In this document: piece after piece, positions 50,291 to 59,839 of the stretch
How positions within the stretch are numbered: position 1 is the first letter of the stretch
Layout of the letters: each line of letters opens with the position of its first letter
Source: an uncultured virus (IMG/VR IMGVR_UViG_3300033463_000060)
Lineage: Duplodnaviria; Heunggongvirae; Uroviricota; Caudoviricetes
Direction: 5' to 3' (one strand)
IMG/VR virus record: IMGVR_UViG_3300033463_000060
DNA: 64,000 bases
The notes under the pieces: generated by a model
What the model was told of the DNA's origin: nothing
The model's input: only the letters and a program-made list of their open reading frames with translations
The model's database searches: none
Position numbers and translations under genes: made by a program

Positions 50291-50827
50291 ATGAATGTAA
50301 AAGTAAAATCAACTGGAAAGATACTCGATGTATATGCCTACGAGCGGGGAGAAAAATTTCAAATCCTTACCTACATCGACTACAGAACTAACACCATCTA
50401 TAAGAGCGAGGACTTGGATCTTCTAAGTGACGAGGAAGTGGAGAACCTGCTGACCGAGCAGAAAGCCGAAGCCGACTATCAGGAGCGTAGCACCACGGCG
50501 GGCGATCGCGCTAATCAGTTGGCATGGGCATTCATTATTTTGCTCTGTGCGATGCTCATTGGCGGCAGTAAATACGCAGAGCCATACGTCATGGCGGCTG
50601 GTGGTATCTGCTATATGCTGCTGTCGGCTTTCCAGGGCTTGCGAACCGCTCGGCACAGTGCTGATACCTTCTGGATTATCAAGAATCGCATCAAGCGCGA
50701 TGGCCTCCTTATCGACGACTATCCGCAGTGGGTGGGCGGCGGTGCCTGGGTGTTCTACTACTTAAAGATGGCGGTCATCACCGCTACGGCTACTTATGCC
50801 TTCTGGCATTTCATTGTACTGATATAG
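50291..50827 (+). CDS. Membrane protein carrying an in-frame repeat insertion
   Basis: Three hydrophobic segments; repeat at 50629-50670. Confidence 0.7.
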   Translation: MNVKVKSTGKILDVYAYERGEKFQILTYIDYRTNTIYKSEDLDLLSDEEVENLLTEQKAEADYQERSTTAGDRANQLAWAFIILLCAMLIGGSKYAEPYVMAAGGICYMLLSAFQGLRTARHSADTFWIIKNRIKRDGLLIDDYPQWVGGGAWVFYYLKMAVITATATYAFWHFIVLI

Positions 50828-50848
50828 AGAAAAGAAGGAGGACTGACG

Positions 50849-51202
50849 ATGCCGCATAAGATAGCACTCAACGGATTCGGAAGGCTGGGTAGGCTTGCGC
50901 TGATGGCGCAGACGTTGCCGCTCATGCCACCAGGAGCGAAACGTGTGTTCGAGGATGGCATAGAATCGCTGAAAGACGTGATTAACGAGAAGGACAATCG
51001 GAATGTCAGCCTGCGGATGTACCCGACACCAACCAGCAGGGAGTTCAAACTGAGACCGCCTGAGTCTGTCGTGACGGATGTCGTGGTTGACACGTCGGAC
51101 ATACCAAACCCACGATATCACGACCGCACGTTTCCGAAGGACTACGATAAAAAGAAAAAAGCTAAGCGTCGCCAGCAGAAGCAGGCACGCCGCCGACATT
51201 AA
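50849..51202 (+). CDS. Hypothetical protein
   Basis: AAGGAGG leader. Confidence 0.65.
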   Translation: MPHKIALNGFGRLGRLALMAQTLPLMPPGAKRVFEDGIESLKDVINEKDNRNVSLRMYPTPTSREFKLRPPESVVTDVVVDTSDIPNPRYHDRTFPKDYDKKKKAKRRQQKQARRRH

Positions 51203-51229
51203 TCAATAATTACAAAAATAAAGAATATT

Positions 51230-51607
51230 ATGGCAAAAGAGAAAACTACCGAACATGCTTTTGAGATGCTCCAGGCTATCAAGGCAAAAGTGAATAACGA
51301 CGTTATCAAGGATTACGAAATGCCCTCTCTGTGCAACATGGAAACAGGCAAAGAGACTGGCTTCGCTGTGATATTGACACTGAACACGAAGTATGATTAC
51401 ACGAACCGTGTTCTTGACGAGTGGAAGCAGAAGTTTGAAGCCGAGGACTACTACATCAAAGTGCGCCGCAACCAGTTGCAAGTGAGGTTTAACGTGATGT
51501 TTTGCAAGAAAAAGAAGGTGGCAAAACCTAAGCAAAAGCCAGAAACAAGTCACGCCGATGAATCATCGGTGTACGACGGTCCTGAAGGTGTGTGGGATAA
51601 TAGATAA
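51230..51607 (+). CDS. Hypothetical protein
   Basis: ORF. Confidence 0.65.
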   Translation: MAKEKTTEHAFEMLQAIKAKVNNDVIKDYEMPSLCNMETGKETGFAVILTLNTKYDYTNRVLDEWKQKFEAEDYYIKVRRNQLQVRFNVMFCKKKKVAKPKQKPETSHADESSVYDGPEGVWDNR

Positions 51608-51620
51608 GGAGGACTGAATT

Positions 51621-52148
51621 ATGTTGCACTGTTATCATTGTACCAATAACTGCACCTCGCACAGGGCAGAGTGTATTGATAAGGATGAGTGTAAGGGCTG
51701 GTATCTGTTTCTTACTACATCATCGAGTACCTGGCACGCCAAAGGTATCTGCGCCGGCATCAAGTTTGACGACGGAACATACGTGAAATACAAGCGTGGC
51801 GACTTCTACACCCGTGCCAACGACACCAAGATTGATGGTGAATGGTATATACCATCAATGGGACTGGAATGGCAACCGATGGAGCGGCCTTACGTGCCGA
51901 CATGGAAAGATAAGCTGCGCAAGTTCTTCCTGAAGAAGGACTACCCCGAGAAGGTGGATGTACGCCCCGACAACAACACGATAGTTATTGCCAAGTACAG
52001 CGACGATAGCCACTACGAAATTATAGAGTATGCTAACCGCACTTGGGTTACGGAGTATTGCTTCCCGGTAAAACCTACCCAGTGGGCCTACATTCCAAAG
52101 TTTGTATTGGATATTGTAGATGGTATTATTGAAAAGAAGGAGGAGTGA
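51621..52148 (+). CDS. Hypothetical protein with Cys-rich N-terminus
   Basis: AAGGAGG leader. Confidence 0.65.
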   Translation: MLHCYHCTNNCTSHRAECIDKDECKGWYLFLTTSSSTWHAKGICAGIKFDDGTYVKYKRGDFYTRANDTKIDGEWYIPSMGLEWQPMERPYVPTWKDKLRKFFLKKDYPEKVDVRPDNNTIVIAKYSDDSHYEIIEYANRTWVTEYCFPVKPTQWAYIPKFVLDIVDGIIEKKEE

Positions 52149-52199
52149 TTATGGGAAATTCTCCCAATTTTCCCCTAATTTCCCAAAACTGATAAAACT

Positions 52200-52862
52200 A
52201 TGAAGAAGATAATGTTTAACGAGCAGTACGGACTGCAGACTGCAGTGCTGGAGCGACGCAAGACGAAGACGCGCAGGATTGTCAAATGGCCGAAGAAGTT
52301 CAAAGGCGTGGAGGACACGATGCTGGAGTTTCACCGCCGCCCTGGGGCTGACTTTTACTTCGACTGCGTAGTGTGCGATATGGACGGTCACGAACTTGGT
52401 CAGTTGCCATTGCCTTACGAGGTTGGCGACGTGGTGGCCATCGCACAGAGTTATAAGGATGCTGGTATCGAGCCATCTACTATTGTGAAAATGATAGACG
52501 AAGGTCAGAATATGTTTACACCAGTCCCAGCCATTGATTCTGCGGGTTGGAACAACAAGATGTTTGTCCTGGCCGACCTGATGCCGCACCATATCCAAAT
52601 TTCTGACCTGTGGTTTGAGCGTCTGCAGGATATCAGCGACGAAGACTGCTTGAAAGAGGGTATTTACGTGCACGACCCAGACCCCAGCAATCCTAAAGCT
52701 ATCGGCTATGCCTACGACGCAACACCCGGCACCAACGTTAAGCGATGGTGGTTTCATTCGCCCCGCGAGGCTTTTGCTGCTCTTATCAACCGCATATCTG
52801 GTCCCCGTACATGGGATGATAACCCCTGGGTGATAGACTATACTTTTGAACTGATAGATTAA
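52200..52862 (+). CDS. ASCH/PUA-like phage protein
   Basis: AVLERRKTKTRR, ERLQDISDEDCLKEG, WDDNPWV. Confidence 0.7.
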   Translation: MKKIMFNEQYGLQTAVLERRKTKTRRIVKWPKKFKGVEDTMLEFHRRPGADFYFDCVVCDMDGHELGQLPLPYEVGDVVAIAQSYKDAGIEPSTIVKMIDEGQNMFTPVPAIDSAGWNNKMFVLADLMPHHIQISDLWFERLQDISDEDCLKEGIYVHDPDPSNPKAIGYAYDATPGTNVKRWWFHSPREAFAALINRISGPRTWDDNPWVIDYTFELID

Positions 52863-53025
52863 GGAGGCCTGAACCTATGGATATACAAAAATGTATAGAT
52901 TGCGAATGCTGCATACCAATGTTTGGTAGTGGTGGAATAAAACGATACCATTGTTGTTATTACCGTGACAAAATGATATGGGTAGCAAAAATAAGGAAAT
53001 GTCCATAGAAAAAGGAGGTTTGATT

Positions 53026-53424
53026 ATGATTGAAGAAGCGTATGTTTCCTTTGAGGTGGCGAAGTTGCTGAAGGCAAAAGGATTTTTATTGGAGTGTTGT
53101 TCGTTTGGTGTCTATGAATACGGACAATTCAAGTTGGCGCAATATCCTATGGCTATGAATGTTTTTGATGGCGACAGGGTGATTTCTGCGCCTACTCAGC
53201 AAATGGCTTGCGAGTGGTTGCGGAAGGAACACAATCTGAGTGTGGAGGTATATCGCACGGCTTGCGGATGGATAGGCTGCGTGGTGGCTATACCGAGCGG
53301 CACGGATATTAAGTTTCTCGAAGAGAATGGCGATGATCCCGCAAGTGGTCAATACACCACCCACATCAAGGCTTGTGAAGCGACAATCAAGTATTGTTTG
53401 AAAAATCTGGTTAAGGAGGACTGA
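53026..53424 (+). CDS. Hypothetical Bacteroidales phage protein
   Basis: YVSFEVAKLLKAKGF..APTQQMACEWLR; start reassigned to the ATG after AAGGAGG. Confidence 0.7.
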   Translation: MIEEAYVSFEVAKLLKAKGFLLECCSFGVYEYGQFKLAQYPMAMNVFDGDRVISAPTQQMACEWLRKEHNLSVEVYRTACGWIGCVVAIPSGTDIKFLEENGDDPASGQYTTHIKACEATIKYCLKNLVKED

Positions 53425-54244
53425 GTATGCGTATAGAAAAGAAAACCGCCGAGGAATATAACAAGGAGGACAATGTATGACACGAACTGAATGGATATTG
53501 ATAGGATTTCTAGCGGGTTTAATTGTGCTGACGTATATTCACACACTGCTTATACATCGTAAGTTGAACAAGTTGCTAAGAGCAATGGACGAGACCTACT
53601 ATGAGGCAAGCTATGAGTTGAGAAATGCGTTAGATGGCACAGAACCTGACTATTTGAAGATGGATAAAATCAATAGGTTAAAGATGTGTCAGGCTATCTT
53701 TAGTATATTAGGTAGGGCAGTAAGTAAAAGTTAAGGAGGAGTGAACTATGAACATTTTTAAGAAAATAATACTGTGGCTGACAGGCAAAAAGAAGTGCTA
53801 CTATCTGCATATTGCCTACAAAGCTCAATTCAGTGAATTTGAATGGCTTGAATCAGACAAGTTCTTTACCCTGCATGATTGCACGCTCGCTGATTTACGT
53901 ATGTCAATTCAAAGATCAATAGAAAAAGAGAATGGCAAACAGGTAAAAACGTTATCTCTGGTCAATATCGCGGAATTGTCGAAAGGCTTGTTTGATATGC
54001 TGACGAAGAGTGAAACATTTGACAAATTATCTAAGTAACAATAAAACAATAGACGACATGGAAAAAGATGAAATCAAAAAAGGGAAGAAAGTTTGGTATC
54101 GTTCATTCGAGGGTGCAGAGCCTAAGCCTGCAGAGATCGTGAGCGACGAAGTGAGAAACGTATGTGGCACTGACTGTGCCTTTATCGACATCGTTTCTGG
54201 CTGTGTAGATATAGAGTTTTTGTCACCAAGAGATTAAGACGATT

Positions 54245-54832
54245 ATGAAAATAATACAGATTTCAGACGAGGACTACGAGTTCTTGAAGGACTTGCAGCA
54301 TGAATTGAACACTCAGACTAACGACGGCAATGCCGACCCTGTGTACTGGGGAGTGATGGAAACAAAGGAGGTGGGTGTGCCTGATGGTTGTGGCGACCAG
54401 AGGATTTATTTTGGTGATGGCGGCACAGAGGAATTAGAAAGTGCCGTGGCTTACATTGCCGAGTACGTTGTGGATGACGATAGCATCGAGAAGTGGAACG
54501 ATGTTGATAAGACGGATATGAAAGCTGTCGTAAGATTCTGCCGTGACGTTCTCGGGATGAGCGGTGTGCGAATTGTTGACGTGGAAAAGAGGTCTGAGAT
54601 TTCTCGTATGACTGGTGCGTTTATAACCAAGCGGGCCTGCAAGAAATATATCGAGCATTACGGCTACAACCACTGCCGTCCGCACACCTATGCCATGACG
54701 GCTTACCGAAACTTTGAGTTAGGACAACTGCTAAAAATCCTGAAAACGATGAATTTGAAAGAGCAGGAGTCAGAACCCCGCCGCGTTGACGATTCATCGG
54801 TGTGCGGCGAGTATGAGGAGTATGTTGGATAA
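54245..54832 (+). CDS. Hypothetical protein
   Basis: ORF in the accessory array. Confidence 0.7.
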   Translation: MKIIQISDEDYEFLKDLQHELNTQTNDGNADPVYWGVMETKEVGVPDGCGDQRIYFGDGGTEELESAVAYIAEYVVDDDSIEKWNDVDKTDMKAVVRFCRDVLGMSGVRIVDVEKRSEISRMTGAFITKRACKKYIEHYGYNHCRPHTYAMTAYRNFELGQLLKILKTMNLKEQESEPRRVDDSSVCGEYEEYVG

Positions 54833-55061
54833 TAGATAAGGAGGGGTGATATATGGCGAAAATAGTAGAGGTGGCTGCTGCGTTGACCAAGTTAAATGAT
54901 AGACAGGTTTATGAAATTGCGTATATAATGAAACCCGATACCGACATTAAAGACGCAAAAGAACTTTGTTATATAGCAGAAAAAGAAAGGAATTCCCCAA
55001 GTTCGCCAAAACAATATGGCATCAGTTTGTTGAATAAGAAACGTAGAAAGATATAAGCAAT

Positions 55062-55451
55062 ATGGAAAATTCAAAAATGGACAATGAGAGATGGAAGCAG
55101 GCCGTAGAGGCTGGGTCAAACAACCGTAACTACCGCCGCGAGCGTGGCTTTACTGAGACGCGCGATGATGCCTTTGTGGATGGTGTGCAGTGGGCCGACG
55201 AGCACCCGCGCAAGGGGCTGGTCGATTTAGATAACGTATGGCACGATGCGAGAAAGGAGAATCCGAACGATAGAGACCTGCTGATTGTGAACATTCCTGA
55301 TAAGGATTTTGAAATCAACAGTTACCATATCGGCAGCTACTTTGGCTCTACTGGCTACTTTAGTAGTGGCGGATGGGTGAAGGAGTGGGACTTTATTTCA
55401 GAGTGGGCGTATGTCAACGACCTACTGCCTAAAAGATTAAAGAAGGAGTGA
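55062..55451 (+). CDS. Hypothetical protein
   Basis: AFVDGVQWADEHP..WAYVNDLLP, a common Bacteroidales phage pattern. Confidence 0.7.
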   Translation: MENSKMDNERWKQAVEAGSNNRNYRRERGFTETRDDAFVDGVQWADEHPRKGLVDLDNVWHDARKENPNDRDLLIVNIPDKDFEINSYHIGSYFGSTGYFSSGGWVKEWDFISEWAYVNDLLPKRLKKE

Positions 55452-55453
55452 CT

Positions 55454-56158
55454 ATGCCAGGGAAGAGTAAGATTTATATTTTTGCTGGCGACCACAAGGT
55501 TGCCGAGGGCGAGGGGACGATAGAACCTAACGGAAAGTTCTGTTCCGCTCCAGCGCCAGAGGCATGGGGTAGGGAGGATGCCGACCCGATGCAGGAAATG
55601 ATTGACGCTGTTGACAAGATGAATGTTCGGAAAAAGATGAAGATGCCAGAGTTGACGTTTAACGTGAAGATATCTAAGTCGAAGCTGCGCAAAATACGTC
55701 GTCAGTTTATGGGTAAGAAGCCCCGCTTGCCTCGCAAGTTGAAGAAGGCGGCACGGCACTCCGAGTTTGAGGTGTTCGACATGAAACCGATGGTAAATTC
55801 ATCTACCGACCCCAAGAACGTTACTATGCAGTTGGATATTGACTATCGCCTTGTTATTCATCCTGCTGGCTATCCACGCACCAAATGGGTGCATCGCCTC
55901 GTAAACCTATGGAAACGCAAGATAGGACAGGCGCATCGTCAGGCTATCAAGGAAATGCTTTTCAAGCAATATCTCGATCAGCATCCAGGAATGCTCACCT
56001 ACGAACCCGACACGTTAGGTCCGTCGCCAACAGCCAAGGCAATGGTTCAGCGTGGTGATGTTACGCTCGACACGTTCCAATCACACGAAATGGTTCTGGA
56101 CAGAGGTCAGCAAAGCAAACTGGCAAACATGTTAAATCAATACGATAAGGAGGACTGA
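55454..56158 (+). CDS. Hypothetical protein
   Basis: ORF. Confidence 0.65.
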   Translation: MPGKSKIYIFAGDHKVAEGEGTIEPNGKFCSAPAPEAWGREDADPMQEMIDAVDKMNVRKKMKMPELTFNVKISKSKLRKIRRQFMGKKPRLPRKLKKAARHSEFEVFDMKPMVNSSTDPKNVTMQLDIDYRLVIHPAGYPRTKWVHRLVNLWKRKIGQAHRQAIKEMLFKQYLDQHPGMLTYEPDTLGPSPTAKAMVQRGDVTLDTFQSHEMVLDRGQQSKLANMLNQYDKED

Positions 56159-56161
56159 CCT

Positions 56162-56725
56162 GTGATAGAAATACCAAAGTACACTGTGCCGACGTATGAC
56201 CCGAAGTCAACAGCTGTAAACCAGCGGACTGACTTCACTCGGCGCATACCAACTGGACTGAGCGAGAAGCAGATGGGACGCGATGCGAAGATTATGATGC
56301 AGATAGTCAGGGCAGAGGGCGACCCAGACAAAATCATTGATATCTTCTGCCGAAAGGCTCACCTGCTGTCGAACCCCCGCTACTGGGAGGTGATGCGCAC
56401 GGTATGGGTGGCTGCAGGGTCCACAGAGACCGCAAACATATTCAGAAAGATGATGCGGATGCCTCGACCATGCAAGTCGTGGTTTATGACACCAGAGGAT
56501 GCCGCCGCGCTCGATGCAATGGAGTTCCCTATCACTGTCTATCGTGCCTACGATGCCGAGCAATATTCTGACGATGACCCAGGCATATCGTGGACGCTCG
56601 ATGAACAATGGTGCCGTGGCTATGCCGAGGCAAAGGGCCGCGTAGTTAAGAGCCGTCAGGTGGAGCGCAAGGACATCTTTGCCTACATCACCAGACGTGG
56701 CGAGGAAGAAATAATCATATTATAA
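56162..56725 (+). CDS. Putative ADP-ribosyltransferase-fold protein
   Basis: TVYR..GISWTLD..GEEEIII (R-S-ExE pattern). Confidence 0.5.
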   Translation: MIEIPKYTVPTYDPKSTAVNQRTDFTRRIPTGLSEKQMGRDAKIMMQIVRAEGDPDKIIDIFCRKAHLLSNPRYWEVMRTVWVAAGSTETANIFRKMMRMPRPCKSWFMTPEDAAALDAMEFPITVYRAYDAEQYSDDDPGISWTLDEQWCRGYAEAKGRVVKSRQVERKDIFAYITRRGEEEIIIL

Positions 56726-56737
56726 AGGTATAAGACT

Positions 56738-57214
56738 ATGCAAAAGACAATTTATATCAGCGGCCCGATTACGGACCTGACGACGGGCCAGCCTCGTGAG
56801 GGCTGGCAGCAGGACTTCCTCGACGCAGAGGCAAAGCTGCGCCGCATGGGATTCGCAGTGATTAACCCCGTGGATATTGCACGGGAGGTGGAAGAAGCGA
56901 ACAGGTGGCAATATGAATGCACATCGCATCCCTGCACTTGTAACGGCGAGCCGTTTCCGCCCACACGTGCCGATTACATCATGGCCTGCCTGCAGCGCAT
57001 GAAAGTGAACCACACGTTTGACAGGCTCCACGGCGTGTATGTCATTGGTAAAGATTTCCGTGTTATTGTGCGCTCACACGGTGTGCAAATGGAGGTACTA
57101 ATGGCCGAGGTACTCGATGTGCCCATCTATGCAGAATGCTTTGACGGCTGTCATGTTGACCACAATATTGTGATACAACCTGGGAACGGAATACTTGAAC
57201 TATTAAACGACTAA
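56738..57214 (+). CDS. DUF4406-like (nucleoside deoxyribosyltransferase-like) protein
   Basis: IYISGPIT..F..AEAKLRRMGFAVINP..SHGVQME. Confidence 0.7.
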   Translation: MQKTIYISGPITDLTTGQPREGWQQDFLDAEAKLRRMGFAVINPVDIAREVEEANRWQYECTSHPCTCNGEPFPPTRADYIMACLQRMKVNHTFDRLHGVYVIGKDFRVIVRSHGVQMEVLMAEVLDVPIYAECFDGCHVDHNIVIQPGNGILELLND

Positions 57215-57219
57215 AGAGT

Positions 57220-58152
57220 ATGGAACATGTAAATCACCCAAAGCACTACAACCAGCATCCAGCTGGAATAGAGTGCATAGACATTATCCGTCACTATACC
57301 TGTGACATCGCCAACGCCATTAAGTACCTTTGGCGGGCTGGACTGAAGCCAGAGATGGGTAAGGAGGATGCCGAGAAGGAGATTGAGGACTTGAAGAAGG
57401 CACTGTGGTATATTGAGGACTTTATCGTCAATGAAAAACTTGTTAGCATGTACTACCGCTTCCGCAAAAATAACGCTGGTACATCGGCTAAGGATATAGC
57501 AGAATATACTATATACAGGCTTTCTGGTCACTCCATCGACGAAATCACTAAGCCTTATACAGAAAAAGTAGCTGATGCTATGCGATTGCTTTTAATTATT
57601 GGTGTAATAGATAATGACGGCAAGGTTTATCTTCCTGTTACATGGATGGCGATGCTAAACAAAGCCACCGATTCTATTCAATCCCGCATCCTTGATATTG
57701 AATGCTCGCTAACTGAGAAGGAGTTGAAAGAGACTGTGGACGTGCTGCATGGGTATGCCGTGGATGGCGAGGACTATGTGTCGAAGCCTGGGTGTGTGCG
57801 AGAGACGGAACCAGAGAAGTACGATCCATTGAATATGGTTGTGGCGTGGGGTAGGGTGTATAGCCTGACCGACGAGGTGCGACAGAAGAAGAATGGAGCA
57901 CTCTATTCGCCGTGCGAGAACTGCGACCTGTGGAGCGAGTGTCACGACTGGCACGACATGCCCAACAGTATGCTCGACGAGAGCAAGTGCCATTATCTCT
58001 GTGCCCGCATCCACAATGCCAACGACCAACAGTATTACCGTGAAGTGGGCGTGGCCAAATATTCACCCAAGTTCGGCACCGTCGAGGTGGTGGACGAACT
58101 AAAAGAATCGGAGTTAGAACTCCGCGAGTTAGAGAAAACAAAAGAACAATAA
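57220..58152 (+). CDS. DUF3310 (SaV-like) domain protein
   Basis: VNHPKHY..IECIDII..NAIKYLWRAG..EDLKKALWYI. Confidence 0.75.
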   Translation: MEHVNHPKHYNQHPAGIECIDIIRHYTCDIANAIKYLWRAGLKPEMGKEDAEKEIEDLKKALWYIEDFIVNEKLVSMYYRFRKNNAGTSAKDIAEYTIYRLSGHSIDEITKPYTEKVADAMRLLLIIGVIDNDGKVYLPVTWMAMLNKATDSIQSRILDIECSLTEKELKETVDVLHGYAVDGEDYVSKPGCVRETEPEKYDPLNMVVAWGRVYSLTDEVRQKKNGALYSPCENCDLWSECHDWHDMPNSMLDESKCHYLCARIHNANDQQYYREVGVAKYSPKFGTVEVVDELKESELELRELEKTKEQ

Positions 58153-58155
58153 AGT

Positions 58156-59076
58156 ATGAGTACCAAGAATTATATCGGAATGGCTGCAGCAAAGACCGCA
58201 GAAAATATCGACCGCGAGCAGTTGGAAATGGACGTAGCACGCTGTTCAGGTTTTGTGAAGATGATGTGTGGCGTGGCCAACAACTGTGCCATTAGCATTG
58301 TAAACTGGTGTCGTAGTGAGATAGCCGACATTCGCCGTGAAGAGAGCTACAAGCAGCGCCCCCGCCAGCCGCACCCAGGCTATAAGCATAAGGCTAAGAA
58401 GCTGTTCACGCAGTTCTTCCAGGAGTGGCACGCCATGGAAACATCGCTGCTCTATCCCACGACAGGACATGTGCGCTTTTTCCACGTTGCCGACATGGAC
58501 GAAGAGACACGCAAGCGCTACGGCAATATGACCGATGCAGAATACTTCGAGTTCTGGAAGGGAACCGGCGTGCTCGCTTTCGAGAAGTCGAAGCCACTGG
58601 TCACTTCGTTGCAAAACAAGTTCCGCCTGTCTCTGGAGCATCACGGCGTGAAGAACGCGCAGCAGACGGCATGGGCTATGACAGGCGATGCTGTCCTGCA
58701 CTTGGCAGTAGAAACATGGTGTCGCACCATGCGTTCCTGTCAGGAAGTCCTGCCCATGCTTGAACTATCCTACATTGAGAAGCTGTGGCTTCCGTTCTCC
58801 CCGCAACGTCCGGCTAACACCTGGCGCAGGGCAATACTATCGTTGGCACCCGAGGCCGACGGCTACAAACTGGATAGCGACGAAGAGCGCAATATCACGT
58901 TCGGCATACAGCAGTTGCGCGACCTATGGATATCACCCGATCTTCCGTTCGATGCCATCATTGCTGCTGTCGAGGACTACGACGAAGATATCTTCCGCAC
59001 CCGTGGCGAGGCCAAGAAGAGTGTGCGCGAGTTGGCTAAAATGCGTAATAATGCTATGGAGGAGCTAAAGAGATGA
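58156..59076 (+). CDS. Hypothetical protein
   Basis: 306-aa ORF. Confidence 0.7.
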   Translation: MSTKNYIGMAAAKTAENIDREQLEMDVARCSGFVKMMCGVANNCAISIVNWCRSEIADIRREESYKQRPRQPHPGYKHKAKKLFTQFFQEWHAMETSLLYPTTGHVRFFHVADMDEETRKRYGNMTDAEYFEFWKGTGVLAFEKSKPLVTSLQNKFRLSLEHHGVKNAQQTAWAMTGDAVLHLAVETWCRTMRSCQEVLPMLELSYIEKLWLPFSPQRPANTWRRAILSLAPEADGYKLDSDEERNITFGIQQLRDLWISPDLPFDAIIAAVEDYDEDIFRTRGEAKKSVRELAKMRNNAMEELKR

Positions 59077-59486
59077 GATACAAAGGGTCACGATACAAGG
59101 ACTATCCCAGCATGAAGCTGCGTGGACTGAAACCTATTGTGCGTCGTGTGGCGATGATACAGACGTGGCGCACCAGTTATGGACCGAAGGGCGAGGAGAC
59201 ACAGCACATGACCATCGAGTTGCACGGTGCTGTAAAGGCGATGATAAGAAGAGTTATAGATCCATTGCGAAACACACTCTATAAGGACTATACTTTGGAG
59301 TGGGAGCCGATGATGCTCTGGCTGAACGGCAGGTGCAGCAGGACGCTGGTACTGACGATAGACAGCCCAGATTTACACCGTCTTAGTGTTGATGAGTGGT
59401 TGACGCTTGTCAAAGATCGCATGGAGCGTCTTTTTCTCTGCCGTGTGAAGGTGTTTACAGACTACAATCGTTTCCTCAATGCTTGA
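59073..59486 (+). CDS. Hypothetical protein
   Basis: ATGA overlap with the upstream gene. Confidence 0.65.
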   Translation: MRYKGSRYKDYPSMKLRGLKPIVRRVAMIQTWRTSYGPKGEETQHMTIELHGAVKAMIRRVIDPLRNTLYKDYTLEWEPMMLWLNGRCSRTLVLTIDSPDLHRLSVDEWLTLVKDRMERLFLCRVKVFTDYNRFLNA

Positions 59487-59839
59487 AATTTTGTCCGAGG
59501 ACTAAAAATGAATTATATAATTTTGGAACAGAAATAAAAAAGGCGATATGATGATTCTTATTCTGAACAATAAATGGATGTTTGTGCCCTGTTCTGTGCG
59601 TGGTGTGTGCAGAAATAGGGATGGTATTGGTGATAACTTGTGCGAAAATGCACGAGAAATGCACGCAGTTTCGCACCGAAAAAAGCATAAAAATAAACGA
59701 TGTAAATGCACTTAATATCGTGCAAACTATGTGCTTACCTATCCCCGTTTGCATCCCGTTTTTTGCACGGGTTTCTGCACGGGTTTTACCACAATAATAA
59801 TAAGTTTTTTCTCTCTACAAACTAAATATATTTATTACT

